Program-made: the position numbers and the translations under genes
Assembly: GCA_965235115.1 (NCBI GenBank)
Contig: OZ249437.1
Coordinates: 11,656,001 to 11,720,000, forward strand
Reading direction: 5' to 3'
DNA: 64,000 bases
DNA from: Laetmonice hystrix
Lineage: Eukaryota
The notes under the pieces: generated by a model
The model's database searches: none
Told to the model about the DNA's origin: nothing
Seen by the model: the letters and a program-made list of their open reading frames with translations, nothing else
In this document: one piece after another, positions 1-14,720 of the stretch
Layout of the letters: every line of letters begins with the position of its first letter
Position numbering within the stretch: the first letter of the stretch is position 1

Positions 1-543
1 GCACCGGCTTGACCCGGCTGAGAGCAAGAGGGTGGCCAGGTGTTGGGGCTGCTGAGGCCGGAATCCTTTGTGGACAGGCCGACCTCCTGCTGTGATTGGC
101 GGCATCACTCATGTATCTTGCTAACACGCCAGGTAGTGGAACTGACCCCAATTTATATTAGCTAAGAGTTCCATGAACTTGATGAAGCAGCCATGTATGT
201 TCCTAGAAATGAGGGGAATTTGTTGTACATTTCTACTTTGGTTTACAAAACAAGACTTCAGTAAATTATTCAGAATAGTGGTTCTCCTTTGTTCACCGAC
301 AGAGACTGATAGGGTGTGACCGGTCAAGCGACATTTTGTAATCTGTACGTGTAGGCTGCAGTGGTCAATTGTCCACCCTATGTCCTGATACATAATGACC
401 AGGTGGTAATACTAGGGTAATCATGCTACATCACGGCAGTGTTAAGGATAGACTTGGCCATCTGGCACAGCTTGTCTGACCCCGTCCTATATTGGTCTAG
501 TCTGTGTGTTATTCCGCCTGAACTGTGCAGTTAAACCTATTGA

Positions 544-825
<282 letters not shown>

Positions 826-2466
826 TAGTATCCTTTCTGACCTTCGTCCCAGCATGCAGCCTGCCCTTCAATTGATGAAGTGGTAATATTGGGCCAGAGA
901 ATTGATACCATTCCAAATTCATTCAAAGTGGGGAAACCTGAATAAGCAAAATCCTTTTTCTAGGCCTACATATGTTTCGATTTTTATTGTGTCAGGGCCT
1001 TCGTACTGGCTCCTCTGGTCAATTCTCTGCCTGCAGTATTATCATTTGATCAATACCAAACTAATATTAGCTAACATAGGAGTGTTTACTTACTCTCAGC
1101 ACAGTGTCCTTGCCGCTGTAACACCAGAACAAAGGATGGCCGTTAACACTGACTGGTGTGGCTATTTCCATGAATTGTAAATTATTAACATTTGCCATGT
1201 TCCTTGCCAGAGTGTTTTTTTAGACCATCTGTCAGGTAATGTCAATAGTACCGGTAATTAACACCAAATACACGGCCTGAGATGGAGCTTTGAACTATTT
1301 AGTACGTTTCTGTCTTTGGTTGCATCAGTATATTTCTATGCATTAACCTCTTTGTTTGACCTAGTTTAAAATGGGTGGTCTGGTGTTTTAGAAAGGGCTA
1401 GCAGTATTAACAGAATGCACCCGCCTCCCTGACCATGAACTTTACCATTGATCAACCCCCCCCCCTTCCTGGATATTACCCCCTAAGAAGTGGCATTGTG
1501 GTTGAGAGTATTTTTGGTGTGTACAGATAGCTTAAAGCTTTCCCCTTTAGAGAGTTTGTAGACGATTGTAGGCAGGCGGTGATGGTATTTAATCCTTGCA
1601 GTATTAGGCATACATTAATCGGGAGCATATTGTGCCACCTATCACTGGACAAAAGCAGTGTAATCTGTACCCTTTCACAGGGACTGGTGCTCCTCATACA
1701 GTTCACACATAAGCCAGTAGATTTATGATTGATTTAAAACAATTTTGTATATTAAACTCTTACGTTAAATTCAGTGCAACTTTAGAAGTACGTGTACCAC
1801 GTTACAAATTTGATAACGAATCGTATTCCATTTGATAGACTAATTGGCATTGATAATTTAGCTGCTTCGGAAAACGTTATGCTGCTGCCATAGCAACAGA
1901 GCCAACACGTGCTTTGATATTAATGTGGGTTGTATTATCAGCCTTAATCCAAAGGCTTTCTAATTGGAAGTTAATCGTGCCATTGTAGTGTTTTTGAACT
2001 ATAGAGAAAAAAAAGGAATGGGTAGGACAGTGCAGAACTTGGACAAAATGACAGCAGTGTATTGATAACCATATTGTTCTGATGATAAAAGCAAGCTAGT
2101 CACCAAAATATGGGATATCTATACTGGGAAGTGTCACCTTTTAACGATTTTATAATTTAGAGTCTGTTTATTTGAAAAGTGAATGTTCTTTTTTTTCTCT
2201 GACTGGATAAAGATATTTTTTTCGTTTCTAGATAAATGAAATGAAATTATAAAGGCCATGATGTGCCATGTGCCATTCGTCTGATCATGTAAAGAGCAAT
2301 TGACCTGCCATTAGTATTTCAAAGATACATCTAAGACAAATTCTGTGGTAACATATTTGGCTTTTTGGATCTTTTATCTGAAAAGAAAAGTATTTTTTAT
2401 TCTGTTTGCTCTATTTTGTATTCACGACTTATCTTTATTTATTTTTAGTGAATGTTTCCCCCACAG

Positions 2467-2478
2467 GGAAAGCAGGCG
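2467..2478 (+). CDS. elav: Candidate 12-nt microexon inserting 4 aa (TTG-KAGG-QSLG) in RRM1 beta2-beta3 loop
   Basis: U-rich tract + tttcccccacag|GGAAAGCAGGCG|gtaagt; both sites near consensus, length divisible by 3, no stop in phase 1. No transcript evidence. Confidence 0.55.
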
Positions 2479-4021
2479 GTAAGTTGCTAAGATTTCCATT
2501 CTCAAAGACAAATAAAGACCTTCCCAATTAATATATCCCAACCCTGTTGAACACCCCCTTTTTGGGGGGGAATAGACAATTTACAATACCTGCAGTGTTA
2601 GAAATGTTAATGTAGACAGTGCAGAATCAGATAGTAAACAAGATCATGATATATGGGTAAGACTGAAAGCTACTAGTAAATAAATGTTAGTCTAGTCACC
2701 AGAACCGCAATTACCTGTAATACTACCTGTAAACTCAGGCACATCGGGTGTCAAAATTCAACTACAAATCACCTGGAAAAGATTTAGCTGTGATAAATCT
2801 GCAGTCAGGCTTCTACAGCAGTGAAGATCCATACTGGGCAGACTAGCACGGGGACCAGACTTTGAGGTTACCCAGAAAGGTCAGGTGCACTGGTAGCATG
2901 GTCTACAGTATTGTAGGGTAGCTGGTTGTGGATTGCTAGCTGATCTTATGACCAGGGCCTGTGTAGCCCTTGCTGGACGAGAACAGAATTTACTCATGAA
3001 CTGGCTGTAATCAGCTGAAACGTACATGTAGTAAATAGTTATATGCAAATTGTTTGCCATTTTTAGGGGGTAAAAAATCCTTAAATACTATAGATTAACA
3101 ACAAAAAGGGGAGACCCAAACACTATAGATTTTACAACCAAAAGAGGAGACCCATATTTGTGAACATTTATTAACTTTTATAGCTCCTAGTTCAAAATAC
3201 TGGAGGGGGGGGGGGGGGGGTACCCATGGATCCAAATGAATCCAAACTTTTGAGTATCTCAGCAGTAGTGATAGAGCTTTCTTTCTGAAAATCGTCGGAC
3301 TGGAATTCTACATAATGTTACATAATTATGGAAATTGTACGATACTGGGAAATTAAAAATTACAGAGGGCATTTACCCCCTCCCCCTGTAATACCCCTTT
3401 TGTACCATTCAGTGTTCTTTGTAAGATGTGAATTATAGTGGGGAAAGTCTTGGAGGCGGGCGTGTATAGAAGTTAAAAGTATAATGCTTGTTATAACCCA
3501 GCCCAGGCAGTTACCCGTTCAGAAATAGCCCACAATCAATCATTCCTTAATTGTTTACCGGTACTCAGGAGGCTGCACAGGGCCTGCCTCGGATACTCAG
3601 TAAAAGCAATACTATACACGATTGTACAGGACGAGATGGGGTAATTTATGAGAGCCCCCCTAGAGGGAAAGGGAATATTAAAGTACCGTAATATGACTAT
3701 GGATTGTTTGATGTGATTGGTTTCTGGGTGAACAAAGAACGTCATCAGCCTGATATGCTGTGAACCAGACCAGGGGCTTTCATCTCATTTGTCATAACGC
3801 GTGCTGTTGTTTGCATAGCACGCATTATGGTGTGGTTCGTGCCCGTAAAGTTTAGTATGCATTTAGGTGTGTGGCCCTCCTCTCTGCCCTACTTACCCAA
3901 CACGTAATTCAAAGCTGGGGCTCAGTGATTCCCGTTCCAATTAGAAGGCAGCATTGAAAGCTTTGCTTTATGTCCTTTGTCTCCCTGATATGTGATGTTA
4001 AACACACTAGAAGGAAGGTGA

Positions 4022-4246
<225 letters not shown>

Positions 4247-7200
4247 TAATAAACAATCGCAAAGATATTGGACCCAGCATCTTGTATATTGTAGGACATA
4301 TATATACAGGGTTTTTTTGTAGGCTGTTGATTTCTTTAACATCAGGATAAGTCTCTGAATCCCCAAAACAAAAGCTTATTCGTCTAATATTTGAATCCCC
4401 AAAACAACACCTTATTCTTCTAATATTTGAAGAGTTTCCATCCAGATAATATAGTGTTGGCAGTGTCCTTTCATTTGTATTTATTCCGTGAAGTATTTTA
4501 AAGCAGTGATTATTCACTGAATTTGAGGTTCTTGAGACCAAAATTTTAGTGATAAATATATAGATCTCGCTGTATGATTTAGAGAGACTGAAATGTTTCT
4601 GCTTTGAAGCAATAACAGGAATAGGAATGCTGTCTGGGAAACATACAAGATGCTGGACCTGACACTTGACATGCATGTTTTTTTTGGGTTTCCCCCCTCC
4701 TTTTTTTCTCTGTTCACATGATACTGTTTTATACATGATTATGTCACTGAGATGCACGTAGTGAATTTAAGGACTTAAATCCTTAAATGTTAAATGCTTC
4801 TTACTTTTGACTTTTTAAGCTGGCTGTACGATCATCATTAAAAGGAAATTCGGAATTTCTTTCAGTTAATAGAGTAACGTTAAATTTTAAGCAAATGTGA
4901 ACTTTACTGTTTTTTGTGCATCATAAGCTTCTGTCACAAATTGAGGCATATGGCATCAGGTAAAGGGAGTGGAAAGGGAACATGTCTTCAGATGACGTTA
5001 GTCTCGGTGGAGTAGGCATTAGTCAGAAGTAAATGGAACGAAATGAGTCACAGGGTTAGACAGTAGAGTTGCTGCCCCAACCGTACATATCTTCATTTTG
5101 TTCTGTTCACAAGTCCAAACCCCTTGTCCCCAGCTATCAAGTTTGCGTGGAACAAAATCATCAAAGTGTCTTTACTGCCTCTATTTTTGACCAAATTTTT
5201 AAGTGGTAAAATGTTATCAGATTTGTTGATAGGGCAGCTCGTTATAAATTATTTCGTTTTCATTAAACAAAGTTAAAAATGTTAGGGTCATTCCGGTGTA
5301 ATCTGGTGGCCAGTCTGAGGATAGCGGCCGTCGTTCACTTTCAGTGAGACAGGCGAACATTTTTAAATGTTGGTTAAATCAGTCCTGAGAGTTCAATACC
5401 AGGAAAAGCAGAGTTAAAAATAGATGGACTATATCAGGTCCTGTCAAGTCTGCTAAAACAGGACACAATTAGAGGGAGAAAGCTACATGGTAGATCTCTA
5501 CCATCATTATTGATTCCTACATAATTGATCTCGATATGTAAACAGTTCAGAGGTATTTGAGTGCAGGCATACCTTTTTTTTTCTTCGCGGAGGGGGGGGG
5601 GGGGTTGCTAAACCGTAAATGGGGATGTCTGTGTGACCCTGTTGCCTGTTTTCTGATCGCTCCAGAAATAGTCGAGTTTTATTTTTTCAGTGCACAAAAA
5701 CGAATGCATTAAACTGAGTTTAAAACTAGGCAAGCCATCTTTTGCGGAAAGACCACAATTAGCTGTGACTAAAGTCGACTGCAGCTGGCGCCTATTGATA
5801 TAGTCATGCAGGTAGACAGGTGGTACTTAGCTAAACTAAACTTGCTAGCAACCCATGTCATCCCAGCGGCCCAGCCCCAGCCCTGTCTACAATGGTATTG
5901 ACATCCTGACCTCAACATTTTGTAAGCTTTGTAAAATTAGAAAAGAAAATGTAAAAAAAAAAAATGTGTGGGTGGGTGAGGGTGCTGGTATCGTAAAAGT
6001 TCCGGTAGTTATTTGATACACTTGTTTGCCAATGCCATATGCCTTCAAGGTGTGAAATTGACCAATGGTTGGATACTTGATACGGTGCATAGATTTGTTG
6101 CCTATTTTTAAGGATTGTGTACTGGTAGATCATGTTAGATGCTAACTTTTAGGTTGGAGTGGGAGTGTAGTTATCTGTAGTTGATGTTCTGTACAGATGC
6201 ACACATTTCCGAGTTCTGCCGGTTAAGGCTCAATCAGTACCAAGTAACAAACAATTGGAAGTGGTTTCTCTAATCAACGTCTCATCATTGTGGATTAATG
6301 AAGCATTGACATGATGTCAGCGGAATGAGCAAGTATTTGAAGGGTCTTGGCTCTGAAATGCTATGATTTTGACACCATTGATAGTTAAGATTTAAATCCA
6401 AACCGCAAGAGTTGTTTTTGAAAATATTAATAATTCTTGGAAAAAAGATTTTTCTGGAATACAGTTTTTTATAAAGAGAACATTATTTGAGAGTTGATTA
6501 AGTAATGATTTCTTTGGAAAATGAACTCTAAGCTGTTGTATAACTTTAACAGAGCAAAACTTCAACAGATTATTCTTAGTATCAAAGTGGTTTTTTTTAA
6601 GAAAAAGTCTGATTGAAAACATTGGAGTTTTATTGTGTTGGTATAGGAATGAAACATTTGTAGTTGCGGCCATTTCCATAACAAAGTGCTGTTGACTGGT
6701 ACGGTAACTCATTATTCTGGGTGTCATATCCAAAATCCTCATTGTTTTATCTGTTTGGTCTGAGAAAGCAAGATGGGTACAGTTCAGCCGACTTTTCCTT
6801 GTTGTGGTCGAGTTGGCAAGCCAAGAAGTTTTTTAAACAGTGATCTTTATTTATTCAAAGAGCACAACCTCGTGATTTTGAATCGTAGAGTTAGAGTTGT
6901 TGCCCTTATTAATTCCTTGCCAGTAATGCTTGACGTCGGATTTTCTCTTAACTCTGCTGTTGGTGTCTTGAATTTGTCTACAAAATATGGAAAGTAAGTG
7001 GAGTTTTGGAAAAGTGATGGTGTTTCCTAAATCAGAATTTGGAAAGGGGCGAATCCTGGGTTATGTTGACAAGGATGACAAGGAAACCATCAAACAATTT
7101 GCTCCAGTTACCTTTCATAGAAAAATTTCTTGTTTTGAACAGAATGAAGCAGAAAATAAATCACAACACTAGAGTGTCGTTGACAGTATTTGGCACTTAC

Positions 7201-7338
7201 ATCTGCATCTTTGAAACCCAACTTTTCATATTGCTTTTCATTACGTTTCTCTCCCGTTATAGCAGTGTAGTTTTTATTTATGTAGATGTCAAGTCTCCTC
7301 AGTGTTTTAAAATGTTTTGGTTGTACTTGTGTTTGTAG

Positions 7339-7623
<285 letters not shown>

Positions 7624-7873
7624 TAAGGGACGCCCAACCGAATTTGAAGGTGTTTTGTTTTGTTGACGTCCAGACTAACTGAGCGGTTGGTGTGGGGTGG
7701 CTGACTGGCGAAGGTCGTGGTTGGGGGCGAGGACTGCAGGTGACGGATGATGAAAACGAAAGCGTTTCGCCCGATCCGAACAGCGCCAGTTTTCAGTCTT
7801 ACAACCATACATACGACATACATGAATGATGCTGGCTTTCTCTGACTGACCCCCAATCCTGTCCTTTCCTTAG

Positions 7874-8032
<159 letters not shown>

Positions 8033-10357
8033 TAGAGTCACTGCCTCCTGCGGACTCGCTCCTCGCTTTATGTTCAGCAGAATTGTCATATGCACTGGCT
8101 ACTCGTAAGAAAAACAGATACGGTGTTGGCAGCCGTTGAGTACAAAGAGCAAGCAATCAGGCATTATAAAATTGATATAGGACAGCAGTGAAAAACATGC
8201 ACAAGACAGGCAACCAGTTCCTTGCAATTGATGTTTGACATCACCTGCCATAGCCATTCAATTAAATGTTGTGTCCTATGATTTGAAATTTTGAAAATTT
8301 AAGCATTGAATGCTATCTGTGGCCAGTGGGCAAATGGCAATTCAGTATATTCAGTGGTATATATTTCGATATTCATTACTTTGCTAAGTGCTTATTTAAT
8401 GCAAGTGTACCACTAACTGCTGCATGTTTCAATTTAATCATCGTTTGACTACATGGCTAGTTGGCAGAAAATGCTTTCTGTCTATAACTGTGCTTAGTGC
8501 TTCTGTAGTGTAAATTCTTACCTCTGTTAAAACAAGAAGTTTAATTAAGTTCCTATAGTTTGGTGATCTGAAAACTCTGGAAGCATCTGTTGTGGCTATT
8601 TGTGTTACCTTTTGGTGTTATAGTTCCTGTATTTATTTAATTTAGCTGCATTCAGGACTGATAAATGTAGTAAACTGTGTCAGTATCAATGTGAAATATG
8701 TTTTCTGTTCTGAGATATAAATGGAAATGTTCGAAATGTTGGCAAGATAATTGAATGGACATAGCAGCAGTAATCATTGACGTTTGGCCCACTCATTGCT
8801 AAATCTTTAACAATATCGTTAAACAAACTACAGTAACGGATCAATTGCGAACAGAAATTCTCCTTGATTCCTGTAGCCTCAGTAAGAATGGAACACAGTT
8901 GGAATCACTCATAAAGATGTATTTCACTACTAGTTGTCGGTTTGCCACTTATTAATGCCACTAGCCATTACTCTCTGAACGCTTAGTCAGTCTAACTATG
9001 TTGTCACTATATATATATTGAAACCAGGGTTATTATATGAAAGCCATGCCCAGAAAATGGTCTTGTTGGAATTGTTCCTTTTCATTTACAATGCCATCCA
9101 AATTTATCGAGAATGTGGAAGTCATAATTTTGTCATCATGACTAACAGGTAGTTGATTACGTGAATTGGTTGCCTAGTTTTGAATACAATAGGAGACGAT
9201 GAGCAGATAATAAAAGCCACTGCGTCCTAGCCTTATTTGGTCAGATGGAAAACTTTTATCTCAATGAAATAGGACGAGTGCTGCATTGCCTCCATCCAGA
9301 AAGCTGCTCCGTATGGCCTTCTTGAAGGCGTTAAATGGACTTGAATTTAGCGTGGAGTGAGAAGAAAGAGCTGGATTCCTTCACATAGACGTGCCGCATA
9401 ATGAGCTGCCGAGCTGCATGTATGCAGTGTGAGCCATATAAACATGCGCACAGTCGGCTTCAAAAACGGATCATTCTTGGACTTAGAATATTCCATTGAA
9501 TCGACAGGAGGCGTATAGAGTGGTAGTCCATGTTGATAGACCATGCTAGGTCCCAGAGCCTGTGCTTTCATGGAAACATGGATGTGGTGATGCTGTAATT
9601 TATGCCTCACTAGACAACCCGACCCCCCCGTTGTAGCACATGGTGGAAGGATGGGCGGATGGATGAAGAGGCCATTGCTGTATCCAGCAGGCCCATCCCG
9701 TCTCCTGACACGATCCTGCTGAAGGCAAGCTTCGGGAACCGTGGCCCGTAACGGCTACAGGGTTCGGTGATACCGCCAGGCATATTTATCATTGCTAGAA
9801 TGGAGCATGTGCCGTTGAAAATGAAATTTGCCGTGTGCATCCGATCGGGTGGTTAGGGTTTGGAGAGGTGAACATTGGCCGTTTGGCCATGTTGGCTGGC
9901 ATGACCTTATTCTGCTGAAGGACTGAGGAAGCATGTCAGTCCTCAGTGCCACCGTGTGAGATTGCTGCCATTTTCTGCGGGTAAGCCCTGAGTTGGGGGA
10001 CAGTGTTGGGTAGGGTGGCGGGATGCCATTATCATTCAATGTCATGTGAATGTGCCGACGTGGTACCTGCTGCCATGTGGGCAGTGTGCGGCAATGTGTT
10101 ATGATCGGGCGGTAGCAGCCGCCATGTAAAAGCTTGTCGGCGGTCGAGGCGAGCTGTTTGTCTGTAGTGAAGGACTGGTGCTGGCAGTGATGCCGGCCCG
10201 GGTGGTGATGGTCCCGGTAGGTGAGGATTACCGTTCGGTCTGCTGGCCCTGGTTAGCTAGAGGAAGGCGGCCACTGCCATGACGGCGTCCCGGCGGCAGC
10301 AGGCGAGACGCCCGAATAGCAGGGTAACGGTATTGATCGGGCCGCCATTAATAACAC

Positions 10358-10445
10358 ATTAACGGGAATTCCGAGGCGTTGGCAGGTATATGTAGCTAAG
10401 CATTAAGGGGAATTCCGAGGCGTTGGCAGGTATATGTAGCTAAGC
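10358..10445. repeat. 44-bp tandem duplication
   Basis: attaa(c/g)gggaattccgaggcgttggcaggtatatgtagctaagc x2. Confidence 0.9.
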
Positions 10446-12430
10446 ATCTAAATTTGGGACGCCGCCAAGAATGTACCGGGAGGATTGTTTAATCAGTCGA
10501 CATTCACCGATAGCGTTGGAACCAGGGAATTATCGGTCCATATTTAGGCAGAATTTTTTGTTTGTTTAGGAAACAATTGTGGGATATTGTCAGCGTTGTC
10601 TGTGGGATGGAATTCGAGGAAGCGGGTAGATGGTGGAGGTAATGTCAACATATGGGATGTTGGTTGTTTGAGAACAACAATGATATCGATGATACATGGT
10701 CTGTTTTCCCACGAGTAAGTCAGAATACTGAATGTGTTTACCTCAAGTCGTAACGACCTGTCGGGTAAGACATGACCTCTGGAGGTCACAGACGCTCGGC
10801 AGCCAGTGTGATCGGTGGTGGTAATATTAGGCAAACACCTCCCCCCCCCCCCCCCATCCCCCAATTTTATTTTTTCAATTTTTGTTGGGGGGTCTTATTT
10901 ATTTCAAAATTCCATTCAGAGTCGTTGCATTCTCCTCTACTGCTCCAGTACCAAATGTTAGGCCACATTAGAACTGCCTTGAGACAGCATTCTGATGTGG
11001 TTCTCATCCATCTTTGTGATGGCCCAAACCGACCAATCGTACGGAAACGTGACCACTCCTGAGAACAGGGCGACTTTTGCGAACTTTGCCTAATGTGAAA
11101 AATTAGTGGCACCCATGGATGGTGAACTTTTATCGTAGCCGTTCAGATTTCCCCTGGGTGGTAGGGCGGCTTGTTATTTATGTATCCCCCATTTCCCTGC
11201 GTCATTCACTAATGGCCTTTCCCGGTAAGACCATTAATTCTCCCTATTAACGTTCAGGTGGGGATCCTGTGGTAGAGGCAGACTAAGCTTAGTGTAAGCT
11301 TGGCTAACTTCACATATCCAGCTAAATGCAAGTAGTGAGTCAAACGCTTTGATGCCATGCTTGTAATTTATTGTCAAAGGAGTGGCGGCAAAATGTGTGG
11401 CGTTATTCTGGAGTGCTATGCTTGTAGGCTGGGCCCAGTAAGGCTGGTTGGGATGGTAACGGCATTTCATCTTAACCAGAGTAAACATGCGGAGAATTAA
11501 ATATATTTATATGTTTCGGAAAACTTTTCTTCTTATTTACTCCTTCTGGAGGGAAAAAATTGCTTTTAGCTTGGTTGTTTAGACGCTCAGTAGGAAAAAA
11601 TACTAACTCCCTGCTACGTAACTGCAAGAAAGTCCTTTTTTTTTTCTTTTCTTTTTTTTGCGGAAAGGCTAGAGATGTAAACGGTTTTGTATAATCCTTT
11701 GAGGTGTGAAGGTTTCAATATAGCGAGAGTTAGCTATTGATCCTGGTGTGTGATGAAATGTGTGCGGGTTACCGTGCTGACTCAGCTCAGGTGGCCGGGT
11801 TGGACAGATTAGACAGGAGTCCCACTGGTGCCTTGAGTCTCGGGACAATAGTCCCGTTTGGTGCCGTTAATGGGGGGTTCTGTATGCGGACTGCACTGAG
11901 CACCGCAAACACCTGATTCCAAATGCATTGGATTCATCAGAGAACACTTCGCCTTTGATGATGAATTTCAGACACAATGCGAGGAGACCTGATGAAATAT
12001 TTAAGGGTAGTAAGAAAAGCCACCGCCTTTGCCACCGATGATGAAAAATGGATGGCGGTATGGAGTGCGTGCCTGTCTCTAGCTCTAGATGGTGGTGGCG
12101 TGACCCGCAAGGCAGAACTTCTCTTGATGTGGCTGGTGTTATACCTGCCTAGCTGCGCTCCGACTCTGGGCAGTATACCTTGTAGACGCGCTCGTACGTC
12201 ATCAGCTACAGGTTTTTAGGAAGTAGCAACCCAATCCCATGTGACCGCAGGGGCAGACCGTATACAAAAGTTCAAAAGTGAGGCTGGGTCTTTGAGTGAA
12301 TTGGTTGTTTGGTATTTGAAATGCATTTGCCATTTTGTGGGTGTCGTACTGCATCAAGAGAGGCAGGCATTCTCCACTCGGGTTCTTGTGTGGAGAAGGC
12401 GAAACGAATTGGGTCGGAAGAAAAGTGAAT

Positions 12431-12518
12431 ATAGAACGCGGAATACGGGCATAGCACGCGGAATACGGGCATTGAACGCGGAATACGGGCCTAGAACGCG
12501 GAATACGGGCCTAGAACG
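12431..12518. repeat. 20-bp minisatellite (~4.4 copies)
   Basis: Unit (a/c)tagaacgcggaatacgggc. Confidence 0.9.
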
Positions 12519-12995
12519 TAATCCTCACCATTCTTGGGTCGTGATGTTATTCACACTTATCCTGTCAGATACCTTGACAATATTACTGCTCAGGCCAGCC
12601 GAAGCTACACCAGCAACAATGAAAAAACAAATACTGAGATTACCCCTGTAATGAAAACTGCATTTCATCGTAAAAAAAACCTGTTCATAAGAAAGTTTGT
12701 CTCTGGTAGAATATATTGTAACGTTTAAGATTTATTATTAAAAAAATTAATAATGTTTGATCTTAGAATAACTCAAAGGACTATTCCTTTTCGTAAAACA
12801 ACTGAAGTAACAGAATATAATGATATGTAAAAGAAGTAAATGAATTATCTGTAAAAAAAACTTTTTGTAAGAACTCTGCCATCGATGTACTGAGGTGTAG
12901 TTTGGTTTATAACATGTATTTAATTTTGTTCATTGACCCTGTGACTGCCGTCGGTGTGCTGTCCGATTCTGATAACGTGTTTGTTGCCACTTCAG

Positions 12996-13227
12996 GGCTG
13001 TCCAAAGGGGTAGGGTTCATCCGCTTCGACCAGCGTCAGGAAGCGGAGCGAGCCATCAAACAGCTCAATGGCACGATCCCCGAGGGGGCCGCTGAGCCCA
13101 TCACAGTGAAATTCGCCAACTCGCCCAGCTCCAACAAAAACACACTGCCCATCACTGCCATGGCGCCGTACCTATCTCATGCACGGAGGTTCGTGGGCCC
13201 AATCCACCACCCAGCAACACGCTACAG
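12996..13227 (+). CDS. elav: ELAV exon, RRM2 C-half and hinge
   Basis: ccacttcag|GG CTG TCC; GLSKGVGFIRFDQRQEAERAIKQLNG...ITVKFAN...RRFVGPIHHPATRY-R; donor AG|gtaggc at 13228 (phase 2). Confidence 0.96.
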
Positions 13228-14675
13228 GTAGGCCAGTGGTCCCAACGACCAGCCTACTAACCCACAATGCCAGAAAAATGCCAGTCAGCCCCCCCCCCCC
13301 CTCCTCCTCCTGCCTTTTCTGTACTCGTTCCATGGTGGTCGTCAGGTAAGGAGTAACGGATGTTGGGGAGACAGTGCCAGTTGTACCCCCCCCCCCCACC
13401 CCCCCCCCCACCCCTGTCGTCCATCATCAGTGAGGTTGAACCCCGACTCTCTCCCAGACAAAGAAAGTTCTCCGACCTTTTTTATTGGAATTAGTCGTTA
13501 GCCCCGATTTTGGAAGTTTTGTGCTAGATTCAAGCAAACAGTGGAAGCTGCATTTTTCTGGCATTAGCATTAAACATTTCCCAGCTGAAACATAGCTCAC
13601 ACCTGCAAACTGATTGAGCAAAGTGTCTTTCCTTGAAAACATTGACGGTGACCAGACAAGTTGTTATAACAAAACAGAAGCTTGACGTTAGATCTAGACT
13701 TCTGAGAATCCGGAGTCATTCAAAGGAGGTTTCCCTCCGTGCCTTCCAGGTAAAGTACATTTCGACTGAACCTCTTAAAATGCAGGAACCTGTAATGATG
13801 TTACGGGATGATAGTCTGCCAAGTGGAGGCGTGTTTCAGCAAAGAGATGGTGGCTGTAGCTTGCATAAAATAATGACATAAAGACTTGGTTGTTTCTCTA
13901 GGAAAAGTAGCCCTCCCCGGGAACACCCCCCCCCCCCCCCCCCAAAAAAAAGGCGCATTTCCTGCCACTGATTGAGCACCTATCGAGGATATGTAAATGA
14001 CCTAGAAGTGAGTGGGGCTTTGGTTGAAGACCATGAAGATGAAGCAGCCAAGTCTGTCTGTAGATACAAGCTTGACAGAAGTGCACTGAGCCATATGGCA
14101 CTAGCATTCCTATCATGATAAGCAGGGGTTCGCTATAGGAATTGTTGATTACCTGTTTACAATGTAAATCATAGTGGAGACAAGTTATGTTATGGTATAC
14201 TAATGTGAAGGTTTCTACAGATGATGTCTCTAGACAGCAATGAATGTTTTACTTTGATGGTTTCTTAACTCTTACGTATTCTGAAATGTAAAACTGTCTA
14301 CTGTGAAAAGCCTACAGCTGCTTTCTTGAACCTGGCATTCCGTGTTAAAAGATAATCTTCTCTATGTAACAAGATGCCATTGTATATTGTGCTGCACTTC
14401 TGATTCTCAACTCCAGTTAAACTTTTTAAGAAGCCAAAGCTATCACTTTCTGTGAGTCAGCAAGCCCATTTCCGACCGAACTAAGCTGCTGAATATTGTA
14501 TTATTTATGCTCAAACCAGTTCTGAAATAAATGGTGATTTATGTTGCCTCTAGTTTTTGCCTAAGTGCTCAAAACATATAAATGCACTTGACTTTATTAA
14601 GGCTTAAGTTTTAACTATTTGAATAAGGATCTGCACAAGGCCACAACAAAAAATGTTTTAAATTTCTTCCAGCAG

Positions 14676-14720
14676 GTCAATGCGGGGGTGCGGATACACA
14701 AGCACCAGTGCACATGAGAG
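14676..14720 (+). CDS. elav: Candidate 45-nt alternative hinge exon (R-SMRGCGYTSTSAHE-R), NAGNAG acceptor
   Basis: aatttcttccagcag|G TCA ATG...GAG AG|gtagta; symmetric phase 2-2, open frame; donor is weak. Confidence 0.4.

Noticed and set aside
2232-2288. Possible 57-nt poison exon in intron 1
   Set aside because: Good acceptor but weak CAT|gtaaag donor; cannot be told apart from a chance pseudo-exon.
6392-7140. A-rich minus-strand ORF fragments (KSDVKHYWQGINKG) resembling a LINE ORF2 linker
   Set aside because: Too short and interrupted to support a call.
9260-10350. Possible decayed LINE 3' end on minus strand (ARL...QL-SSHSTLNSSPFNAFKKAIRS) with GC-rich upstream tract
   Set aside because: Needs frameshifts and gives only a vague resemblance to the WNxLP...FK motif; no RT core seen. 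Needs BLASTX.
11641-11682. Long U tract + UGC + AAG|GCTAGAGAT|gtaaac, a possible 9-nt microexon in the RRM2 loop
   Set aside because: Weak AAG acceptor and donor, and it would encode an immediate stop.
11955-12045. C/D-box-like ATGATGA/CTGA motifs
   Set aside because: Box spacing too short and no terminal stem; not a supportable snoRNA.
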